Source of the DNA: Actinomycetota bacterium
GTDB taxonomy: Bacteria > Actinomycetota > CADDZG01 > JAHWKV01 > JAOPZY01
Assembly: GCA_025963875.1 (NCBI GenBank)
Contig: JAOPZY010000188.1
Coordinates: 1 to 35,637, forward strand
Reading direction: 5' to 3'
Length of the DNA: 35,637 bases
Part shown: one piece after another, positions 16,550-24,190 of the stretch
Layout: every line of letters begins with the position of its first letter
Numbering within the stretch: position 1 is the stretch's first letter
The notes under the pieces: generated by a model
Database searches by the model: none
What the model saw: the letters and a program-made list of their open reading frames with translations, nothing else
What the model was told of the DNA's origin: nothing
Position numbers and translations under genes: made by a program

Positions 16550-17566
16550 ATGGATGTCGACTCGTTCATCCAGCATTATCGGCCCGAATGGGAACGCCTG
16601 GAGCAGGCCTGCGCCAAAGGGAGCCGGGGCCTCGCCAAGCGCACGGGCCCGGAGATCGACGACCTCGTCCGCCTGTACCTGCGCACATCCTCCCACCTTG
16701 CCGAGGTCCGGACCCGCTACAGGGACCCCCGGTTGGAGGCCTACCTCAACCGGGTGGTGGGCGTCGCCCATTCCGCGCTCTACGGGTCCAAGGCCCGCAG
16801 CTGGCGCCAGTTCATCAAGCTGTTCGGCCCCCGCTACCGCGAGGCTGCCCGCCGCACGCTGCCCTTCATCCTCGTCGCCGCGGCGATCATGGTGCTGGTC
16901 TCGGGCGTCGTCGAGGTCTGGGTCGCCGGCTCCCGTGAGGCCCAGGCGGGGCTGCTGCCGCCCTTCGCCCGTGACGCCGTGCAACGGGCGGGTGGCCACC
17001 GCCCCGACCTGGGCGTCGCCCCGGCAGGCCTCTCGGCGTTCATCTTCCTCAACAACGTCCGGGTCGCCCTCCTCTCGTTCCTCACCGGGCTCGCACTCGG
17101 CATCGGCAGCATCTACTTCGTCGCACAGAACGGCCTGCTTCTCGGCACGCTGGCGGGGGCCTACCAGGCGGCCGGCAAGGCCGGTATCTTCTGGCCGCTC
17201 ATCCTGCCCCACGGGCTGCTGGAGCTGACCGCGATCTGCATCGCGGCCGGGGCAGGGCTGCGGATGGGATGGAGCCTCATCGAGCCCGGCGACCGCACCC
17301 GCGGGCAGTCCCTCGTGGCCGAGGCCCGCGACGCCGTCTTCGTCATGGTCGGCGTGGTGCCCGCCTTCGCGGTGGCGGCGCTCATCGAGGGGTTCATCAC
17401 CCCCTCGGGGATCAACCATGCGCTGTCGATCACCCTCGGGGTCGTGGTCGCCGTGATCTACGTCGTGCTCCTCTTCGCCCCCCTGCAACGCCGCAAGCGG
17501 CCGGCCCCGCTGCTCCCACCGGGCGGAGGGGACCCTCTGCCGGTTACAACGTCCCCCGCGACTTGA
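16550..17566 (+). CDS. SpoIIM (stage II sporulation protein M) family integral membrane protein
   Basis: MDVDSF...W.RLE, LY...S.HLA, IFLNN.RVA, ILPHGLLEL.AI, AALIEGFITP. Confidence 0.92.
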   Translation: MDVDSFIQHYRPEWERLEQACAKGSRGLAKRTGPEIDDLVRLYLRTSSHLAEVRTRYRDPRLEAYLNRVVGVAHSALYGSKARSWRQFIKLFGPRYREAARRTLPFILVAAAIMVLVSGVVEVWVAGSREAQAGLLPPFARDAVQRAGGHRPDLGVAPAGLSAFIFLNNVRVALLSFLTGLALGIGSIYFVAQNGLLLGTLAGAYQAAGKAGIFWPLILPHGLLELTAICIAAGAGLRMGWSLIEPGDRTRGQSLVAEARDAVFVMVGVVPAFAVAALIEGFITPSGINHALSITLGVVVAVIYVVLLFAPLQRRKRPAPLLPPGGGDPLPVTTSPAT

Positions 17567-18890
17567 TCCTCAGGTACTGGTCGGCCAGCGCTCCCGCCAG
17601 GTCCTCGGGCAGCCGGTCGACCACCGTGGCCCCCATCGCCACGAGGCGGGCCGCGGCATCGGACCTCGCCGCGATCGACGCCGCGGCCGCCGCCTTGCCG
17701 TAGGCGTCCTCGCTCGTTGCCGGGACGAGGGTCGCCTCGGCCTCGATCGCGGGGTCGACCACCGAGGCCACGACCACGAGGTGGCGGCTCATCAGCATGG
17801 GCAGCGCCTGGAAGAGCCCTTCCATCGCCGCCTGGTCCGTCAGCTCGGTCAGCAGCACCAGCAGGGCGCGGCGGCGGTACCGGGTGAGCACGGAGGAGAA
17901 CACGCGCCGGTAGTTGGGGGCCTCGAGCGACGGCTGGAGGTCGAACAGCAGGTCGAGGATGCGCCTGGCCTGGGTGCGGCCGCTGCGCGGCCCGGCGGCG
18001 ACGAGCACGTCGGCGCCGAAGGCCGCCATGCCCACGTGGTCGCCGATCCGCCCCGCCAGCTCCGCCAGGGCGATGCCGGCGTCGAGGGTGTGTTCGAAGC
18101 GGGGCACCCCCGCCACGGTCCCGGCCATGGTCCGGCTCGCATCGACCAGCAGCAGCACCTGCTGGTTGCGCTCCTCACGGTAGGTGTTGGAGATGGGTTT
18201 CGTGCTGCGCGCCGTCGCCCGCCAGTTGATCCGGCGGAACTCGTCGTCGGGGTGGTACTCGCGCAGCGAGTCGAACTCCCCGCCGCCGCCCCGGATGGAC
18301 GACAGCCGGTAGCCGCTCTGCAGCATCCTCGCCCGCTGGAGGCGCAGCTCCGCCTGCTTGCGACCCGGCAGCGCGGGATAGCACTTGAGGCGGGCGACGA
18401 GCGGCAGGGTCCGCTGCCGCCCCCCGAGCCCGAGCGGTCCTCCGGTGCGGACCGTGAGCGGCCCCAGCGTCAAACGACCCCGCCTGCTGGGGATGATGTC
18501 CTCCTCGAGGACGCCCCAGCCGTGCGGGTCGAGGACGGTGCCCTGCCGGGCGGGATACAGGCCCGTGGAGGGAGCCGCTGCCTCGTGCGTCGCCACCGTG
18601 AGCCGCAGGCCGGTGGGGTTGTGCAGGCGGAGCGTCCCCTTGGCGGGGCGGTCGAGTGCCACCACGTCGGGGACATCCCAGGTCGCCTGGAGGGAGGCCG
18701 GCCCGGGGGCGATCCGGACGTCGATGGCGAGGGCCACGAGGGCCGCCAGGTTGACCGCCAGCAGGTCGAGCCATGCCGGACCCGGCAGCAGGGCGGCCAC
18801 GACCGAAGCCGCCAGCACCACCGCGACGAACCGGAGGGTGGCGTACATCCCAGGGTGCCCGGCGCCGGCCTGGCGCCGGCTGGGACTCAC
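17544..18890 (-). CDS. DUF58 domain protein (VWA-like MoxR partner)
   Basis: G.EFDSLREY.P.D..RRINWRATAR, DASRTM MIDAS-like motif; start is GTG 18890 (overlapping the moxR stop) or ATG 18848. Confidence 0.9.
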   Translation of the reverse strand: MSPSRRQAGAGHPGMYATLRFVAVVLAASVVAALLPGPAWLDLLAVNLAALVALAIDVRIAPGPASLQATWDVPDVVALDRPAKGTLRLHNPTGLRLTVATHEAAAPSTGLYPARQGTVLDPHGWGVLEEDIIPSRRGRLTLGPLTVRTGGPLGLGGRQRTLPLVARLKCYPALPGRKQAELRLQRARMLQSGYRLSSIRGGGGEFDSLREYHPDDEFRRINWRATARSTKPISNTYREERNQQVLLLVDASRTMAGTVAGVPRFEHTLDAGIALAELAGRIGDHVGMAAFGADVLVAAGPRSGRTQARRILDLLFDLQPSLEAPNYRRVFSSVLTRYRRRALLVLLTELTDQAAMEGLFQALPMLMSRHLVVVASVVDPAIEAEATLVPATSEDAYGKAAAAASIAARSDAAARLVAMGATVVDRLPEDLAGALADQYLRIKSRGTL

Positions 18891-19837
18891 TTCGGCACGG
18901 GAACGCGCTCGACGACGCCGTCGAGCACGGCGTCGGTGGTCGCCCCCTCCATCTCCAACTCGGGCCGCAGCACGATCCGGTGCCGCCAAGCCGGCTTCAC
19001 GAGCGCCTTGACGTCGTCGGGCGTCACGAAGGCCCGGCCGGACAGGTACGCCCAGGCCTTGGCGACGTTGAGCAGCATGGCCGCCCCGCGGGGGCTCACA
19101 CCCAGTGCCAGCGAGGGGCTGCGGCGGGTCTGGTCGGCGAGGGCCCAGATGTAGCCGAAGAGCTCCTCGGCGACGGTGACCCCGACGACATCGCGTGCGG
19201 CTGCGTCCAGCGCCGCCGCCCCCGCCACCGGCCGGACGCCCAGGGCGGCGAGGTCGTGGGGGTCCCGGCCCTGGTGGTGCATGCGCAGGACCTCCATCTC
19301 AGGGTCGTGCCCCGGGTAGCCGACGCGCAGCTTGAGGAGGAACCGGTCGAGCTGCGCCTCCGGCAGGGGATAGGTGCCCTCGAACTCGATCGGGTTCTGC
19401 GTGGCCACGACCAGGAACGGCGACGGGAGGGGGTAGGCCTCGCCTTCGACGGTGACCTGGCGCTCCTCCATGGCCTCGAGCAGGGCGGCCTGGGTCTTGG
19501 GTGGCGTGCGGTTGATCTCGTCCGCCAGGACGAGGTTGGCGAACAGCGGCCCGGGGCGGAAACGGAAGGTCCCGGTTGCGGACTCGTAGACCATGTTGCC
19601 GGTGACGTCCGACGGCATCAGGTCCGGGGTGAACTGGATGCGCCGGAAGTCGAGCGCCAGCGAGCAGCCCAACGCCTTGACGAGCAACGTCTTGGCGACG
19701 CCCGGCACGCCCTCCAGGATGATGTGGCCGCGCACCAGCAGGGCCGCCAGCATGCCGAAGACCACGGGTTCCTGGCCCTTGACGGCCTTGCCCACCTCGG
19801 TCCGGACTGCGCGCAACACCTCGTTCGGCTCCGCCAT
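18887..19837 (-). CDS. moxR: MoxR family AAA+ ATPase
   Basis: GHIILEGVPGVAKT, RIQFTPDLMPSD, LADEINRTPPKTQAALLEAMEE, ATQNPIE.EGTYPLPEAQLDRF. Confidence 0.96.
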   Translation of the reverse strand: MAEPNEVLRAVRTEVGKAVKGQEPVVFGMLAALLVRGHIILEGVPGVAKTLLVKALGCSLALDFRRIQFTPDLMPSDVTGNMVYESATGTFRFRPGPLFANLVLADEINRTPPKTQAALLEAMEERQVTVEGEAYPLPSPFLVVATQNPIEFEGTYPLPEAQLDRFLLKLRVGYPGHDPEMEVLRMHHQGRDPHDLAALGVRPVAGAAALDAAARDVVGVTVAEELFGYIWALADQTRRSPSLALGVSPRGAAMLLNVAKAWAYLSGRAFVTPDDVKALVKPAWRHRIVLRPELEMEGATTDAVLDGVVERVPVPK

Positions 19838-19851
19838 GCGTCTCCCTTCCG

Positions 19852-20940
19852 TCAGGTCCAGGACCCCTCCACCCGCCGCCGGAGCTCCTCCAGGTCGCGG
19901 CCGAGGGCGATCAGCTCCTCCTCCGTGGTGGGTCCGGGCCCGTACAGCAGCCGTTGCACGTGATCGGGGTTGCCGCCGGAAAGCTGCGCCACCGTGGAGG
20001 ATAGGGCGCCGTTGTCAGCCGCCGGAGGCTCGGGGCCGAGGCCGAGCCGGGACCGCAGGCGCCGCCGGGTGCCCCGCCGCAGGACGTCGCCCGCGAACGC
20101 CCGAGCCCGGGCCGACCGGTACAGGCGGGCCACGGCGTGGACAAGCTCACCGGACGGCACGGGCGAGGGGATCGCCTCGTTGGTGGGCTTGCCGAACCTC
20201 CGGCCACGCACGAAGGCGAAGATCACGGCCGCCAGGGCGATCTCGAACAGCACGACGCGGGCACCTGCCGGCAGGGAGCCCAGCAGTCCCTTCGGAGGGG
20301 CGCCGCCGGGGGGCAGGGGAGGGCCGAACACCACCGGACCGCCGGATCCGAACACGCCCTGCGCGAAGGCGGCATTGTCCGCCTTGCCCAGCAGCGCGTT
20401 GGTCAGGGGCGAGATACCGCCCAGGACCACGACCTTCCCGCGGCCCACCGGGGCCGTGACCTCGAAGGTCCCGCCACTGATCGGGAAGCACCCGACGCCC
20501 CCCGCGTCCGACTCGAGGACCGAGTCCCCCGCATCCACCGCGAGCGTGTGCACGCCGGCGATCTCGGGGGCGACGCATCCCGGTGCCAGGGTCGTTGGGC
20601 CGAAGGCGTAGTGACCGACCCTCCCGACCGTTCCCACCCCCCCCGCGGCGGCGGTCTCGGACTGGGGATTGGCAACCACCAGCGTGCCGCCTGCCCGCGC
20701 CCACGAGACGAGATCGCCGGCCTGGTTGGCGTCGCGGAGATCCTGGAGGAGGACAAAGACCGCCGGGCCATCCGGCGGGGTGTCGCCGGTACGAACCGTG
20801 CCGCCCATGGCCTGCAGGTACCGGCGCAGCGCCAGGGTCCCGTGGGGGCCGCCGTCGGCGCTCCCGGAAGGCCCCGCCAGCACGGCCCCCGCCACGATCA
20901 GCACCGCCAGGACGCCCAGCAGGACCCAGGGCCGCTTCAC
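19852..20940 (-). CDS. DUF4350-like membrane-anchored protein of the MoxR cluster
   Basis: N-terminal TM, G..AL..YL, W.RAGGTLVVA, N..L...DNAA, C-terminal TM followed by RGRRFG; position in the cluster. Confidence 0.8.
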   Translation of the reverse strand: MKRPWVLLGVLAVLIVAGAVLAGPSGSADGGPHGTLALRRYLQAMGGTVRTGDTPPDGPAVFVLLQDLRDANQAGDLVSWARAGGTLVVANPQSETAAAGGVGTVGRVGHYAFGPTTLAPGCVAPEIAGVHTLAVDAGDSVLESDAGGVGCFPISGGTFEVTAPVGRGKVVVLGGISPLTNALLGKADNAAFAQGVFGSGGPVVFGPPLPPGGAPPKGLLGSLPAGARVVLFEIALAAVIFAFVRGRRFGKPTNEAIPSPVPSGELVHAVARLYRSARARAFAGDVLRRGTRRRLRSRLGLGPEPPAADNGALSSTVAQLSGGNPDHVQRLLYGPGPTTEEELIALGRDLEELRRRVEGSWT

Positions 20941-20969
20941 CGGGGCGCCCCTGGTGGCGACTCGAACCT

Positions 20970-21014
20970 AGATTCCGTCAAAAAGACCGCCAAGCCGACT
21001 TTTTGACGGAATCT
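20970..21014. repeat. REP-like palindrome with perfect 16-bp arms inside the MoxR operon
   Basis: AGATTCCGTCAAAAAG-N13-CTTTTTGACGGAATCT. Confidence 0.85.
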
Positions 21015-21031
21015 TCTAACGCGGGGGCGCT

Positions 21032-21964
21032 TCAAGCGGCCCTCACCGACCGCTCGGCGGCGGCGAGGGTGTCGACGGCGCCGGTCGTGGCCTCCGCCCT
21101 CCCGTACATGACGGACTCGAAGATGGTCGTTGCCTTCGCCACGGCCGGGTAGACGTCGGGGAGGCCGCCCGCCACCGCCCGCCGGCACTCGCCGGCCGTG
21201 AGGCTCGGCGTGTCGGGCACGATGCCCCGGCCCGCCAGGGCGGCAAGCAGCGCCCCGTACCGCGCCCGTACCGCCCCGGCCAGGTCGCCGCGCCCCATCG
21301 CCTCCCGGGCCAGGCGGTCCCAGTCCGTCCTGCCCTGCCTGGCAGCCGCGGCGGCGGCCTTGCGCTCGGGGACCACGTAGCCGATCCGGCGGATCAGGAC
21401 GACGACCACCACCGCGAGGATCCCCGCCGTGACGAACACCAGCAGGCCGTGGGGGAGCGGGATGCGGTCCACGGCCCTCGTGATGCTCTGCCACAGGCTG
21501 ACGGCAAACACCCAGATGTCGTGGCGGATGCGATCGAAGAAGCTCGGCTGCGTGCGGATGCCGCGCAGCGCCTCGCGCAGCGCGGTCGCCATGTGCGCGG
21601 CGTCGGGAGGTCTGGCGGACACCGCCGCCCTGGCGGCGTCCTCCATCGCCGCAAGGTGGTCGTCGGCGCTGCGGAAGTCGTCGGCGCTGGTCCCGCCGAG
21701 GCCGTCGAGGAAGCGGTCGGGGGGGACGCGGACCGGCCCACCGGGAAGGTCGACGTCGACGGGGAGGCCGAGCGCCTCGCGCACCGCCTGCATCTTGGGC
21801 GCTGCGGGCTGCACCGCATCCGCCTCCGCAAGGCGCCGGGCGCGGTCGAGCCGGGCGACGAAGTCGTTGGCGCTGATGGCCGCCGGCGCTCCCCACCCGG
21901 TCGCGGGGCCGGCGATCAGTGCCGCGCAGGCAACGGCGGCCGCCACGAGGAGCCGGCGCCTCAT
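21032..21964 (-). CDS. DUF4129-like membrane protein of the MoxR cluster
   Basis: Signal peptide MRRRLLVAAAV, a TM helix, C-terminal GD...AVR..Y...T..E...FE.V.YG; ATGA overlap with the upstream gene. Confidence 0.8.
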   Translation of the reverse strand: MRRRLLVAAAVACAALIAGPATGWGAPAAISANDFVARLDRARRLAEADAVQPAAPKMQAVREALGLPVDVDLPGGPVRVPPDRFLDGLGGTSADDFRSADDHLAAMEDAARAAVSARPPDAAHMATALREALRGIRTQPSFFDRIRHDIWVFAVSLWQSITRAVDRIPLPHGLLVFVTAGILAVVVVVLIRRIGYVVPERKAAAAAARQGRTDWDRLAREAMGRGDLAGAVRARYGALLAALAGRGIVPDTPSLTAGECRRAVAGGLPDVYPAVAKATTIFESVMYGRAEATTGAVDTLAAAERSVRAA

Positions 21965-22908
21965 GCGGCCTGGGCGCTCTGCAGGCGCTGGGCACCCACC
22001 GCCAGATCGAAGGCCTCCTTGCGGATCCGGAGGTCGAAGTAGGCCACCACGGTGACCGCCACGAGGAAGGGGAACACGAAGACCTGGAGGAGGCTGCCGC
22101 CGATGCCAACGAACAGCCACCCCACCCGCCCGGCCACGACGCCGAGGACGAACGAGGGGGTCTCGATGAGGGCGTAGCCGAACCAGGCGACGACACCCTT
22201 GAGCACCTCGATGCCGCACATCCGCCACCAGTGGCCCCCGGTGAGCCGCCACGAGCGCCCCAGCGCCGAGACCGGTCCGGCCCCCTCGACCACCAGCGCC
22301 ACCGGCGCCACGAGCAGCCGGATGTACAGGAAGACCCCCGGCACTACGAAGATGAAGAACCCAACCCCGATGATCAGGACCCGCAGGAGCCCCAGGCCCA
22401 GGACGGCCCAGGAACGCCGCATGGTCCTCCGCCATGCCTGCCCGGGCGTGATGGGGGTGCCGAGGTAGCAGCCCGCCGCGGCGGCGGCGAGGGCCACGGT
22501 AACCAAGGGCAGGGCGAGCACCGCGAGCAGGCTGCCGAGCGAACCGACGCCGGTGCCGGTGCCGGTGGTCGACGGAGTCAGCCCGTGCTGCAGGGAGCGG
22601 ATCGTGTCGCCGACCTGCGAGAAGTAGTCCCGGCTCAGGAAGGAGCTGAGGAGCTGGACGGGCACGACCACCACCGCGGCGGTGCCGGCGAGCAGCTTCC
22701 AGTTCCGCCGGTACAGGCCGATGGCGGTGTCGACGACCTCCCCCACGCCCCGGGGCAGCAGGGCAACGGCTGAGCCCGCACTGTCCGAGGCGGGGGGCCA
22801 CGTCGCCGGAGGCGGAGGCCCGGCATCGAGCGGGAGCTCGGGAAGCGGCGGAGCGACCGCCCCCACGGGACGGCGCTCAGGAGGGCCTTCTGGTTCGATT
22901 CCGCCCAA
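21961..22908 (-). CDS. Integral membrane protein (GDPD membrane-anchor-like), first gene of the MoxR operon
   Basis: Pro-rich N-terminus, PR.VGE..D.AI.LYRRN, ALGRSW.LT.G.WWR, YFDLRIRKEAFDL. Confidence 0.82.
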   Translation of the reverse strand: MGGIEPEGPPERRPVGAVAPPLPELPLDAGPPPPATWPPASDSAGSAVALLPRGVGEVVDTAIGLYRRNWKLLAGTAAVVVVPVQLLSSFLSRDYFSQVGDTIRSLQHGLTPSTTGTGTGVGSLGSLLAVLALPLVTVALAAAAAGCYLGTPITPGQAWRRTMRRSWAVLGLGLLRVLIIGVGFFIFVVPGVFLYIRLLVAPVALVVEGAGPVSALGRSWRLTGGHWWRMCGIEVLKGVVAWFGYALIETPSFVLGVVAGRVGWLFVGIGGSLLQVFVFPFLVAVTVVAYFDLRIRKEAFDLAVGAQRLQSAQAA

Positions 22909-22954
22909 TGTACGCGCACACTAGCCGGTGCAGCCGAGGGCGGCAACGACGGTG

Positions 22955-24010
22955 TCAGCCGGCGGTCACCGGCGGCTCCTTCGCCGCCTTGAGGATCGTG
23001 TTGAGCGGCGCCAGGTCGTAGATGTCCGACGTGGGGGGCAACGGGATCTGGCCGAGGGCGACGGCGTGGGCGGCGTCGGTCGCGATCGCCGGGGAGAGCG
23101 GGTCGTCGGTGAAGGTCAGATGGAGCCACGAGAGGTCGGCGACCGCCTGGGAGACGGTGACGCCGGTGACGGCTTTGATGGCCGCCGCCGCGTCCTTCTC
23201 GATCTGTGCCGAGGGCTGTTTCACGAGGTCGTTGGCCGCCACTTGGCCCACCAGCAGGTTCGCGACGGCGTCGGGGTGCTGCTGCAGGTAGGCGCTGCGG
23301 ACGACCAGCACGGCCGTGGGGTAGCGGCCGCCCGGCCACAGCGTCGCCTCGTCGAGGAAGACCTTGGCGTTGCCCTCGACCTGCAGCTGGCTGGCCCAGG
23401 GCTCGGGGACCCAGGCCCCGGCGATGCTGCCCTGCTGGAGGGCCTGCAGCATCGATGGGTTGGGCATGGCGACGACGGTGACGTCGCCGCCGGGGCTCGG
23501 GTTGAGGCCCTGGGACTTGAGCCACGTGCGGAGGGCGACGTCCTGTGTGTTGCCCGCCTCGGCAACCGCGACCTTCTGGCCACGCAGGTCGGCCGGGGTC
23601 TTGATCGCGTACTTGGTCATGAGGAAGGCCCCGCCGGAGCTGGCGCCCGAGATGATCTTGACCGCCCCCTTCGTGGCGACGAAGGCGGCGATGGCGGGGT
23701 TGGGGCCGAGGTAGGCGGCGTCGAGGGTACCCGCCTGCAGCGCAGCCGCCTCGTCCGGCCCGGCCTTGAAGGCGGTTGCCGTCAGGGTGACGCCCGGGCC
23801 GAGGCTGTTGTTGAAGACGTTGTCCTGGATCCCGATCAGGGCGGCGGCCTGGGTGAGGTTGGCCTGGTAGCCGAGACGGAGCGTCAGCGGCGCCGCGGGG
23901 GCCGTGCCCCCGGGCTTGCCCGCGGTGGCGACACCCTTCGAGGTGCAGCCGGCAGCGCCCAGCGCCACCAGCAGGAGGACCGGTACGAGGCGGGCGCGTC
24001 GAGCTTCCAC
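22955..24010 (-). CDS. ABC transporter substrate-binding lipoprotein, SsuA/NitT/TauT family
   Basis: Lipobox AAGC; LRLGY.ANLT.A, LDAAYLGPNPAI, GNTQDVALR, AWVPEPWAS. Confidence 0.88.
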   Translation of the reverse strand: MEARRARLVPVLLLVALGAAGCTSKGVATAGKPGGTAPAAPLTLRLGYQANLTQAAALIGIQDNVFNNSLGPGVTLTATAFKAGPDEAAALQAGTLDAAYLGPNPAIAAFVATKGAVKIISGASSGGAFLMTKYAIKTPADLRGQKVAVAEAGNTQDVALRTWLKSQGLNPSPGGDVTVVAMPNPSMLQALQQGSIAGAWVPEPWASQLQVEGNAKVFLDEATLWPGGRYPTAVLVVRSAYLQQHPDAVANLLVGQVAANDLVKQPSAQIEKDAAAAIKAVTGVTVSQAVADLSWLHLTFTDDPLSPAIATDAAHAVALGQIPLPPTSDIYDLAPLNTILKAAKEPPVTAG

Positions 24011-24190
24011 GCTGATCGATTTCCTCCTATCCGGCGCCTTGAGGGGCGCCTCTGGCTTTGTTCGGATCGTACCGGCGACCGGGGTCTGGCGCGCGGGATA
24101 AAAAGTGTTTCTGGGAGATTATCGGCAGGTTACCTGTGAACCGAACACGTAGACGAACTGTCCGCCACGCAACGTGGTATCAAAGGGGAC

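Noticed and set aside
15695..17488. 597-aa fused RDD protein from the ORF track
   Set aside because: The N-terminal 330 aa are antisense to the SpoIIM gene; the real start is at 16498
16550..17566. Evidence for endospore formation
   Set aside because: SpoIIM-family proteins in MoxR clusters are widespread in non-sporulating bacteria
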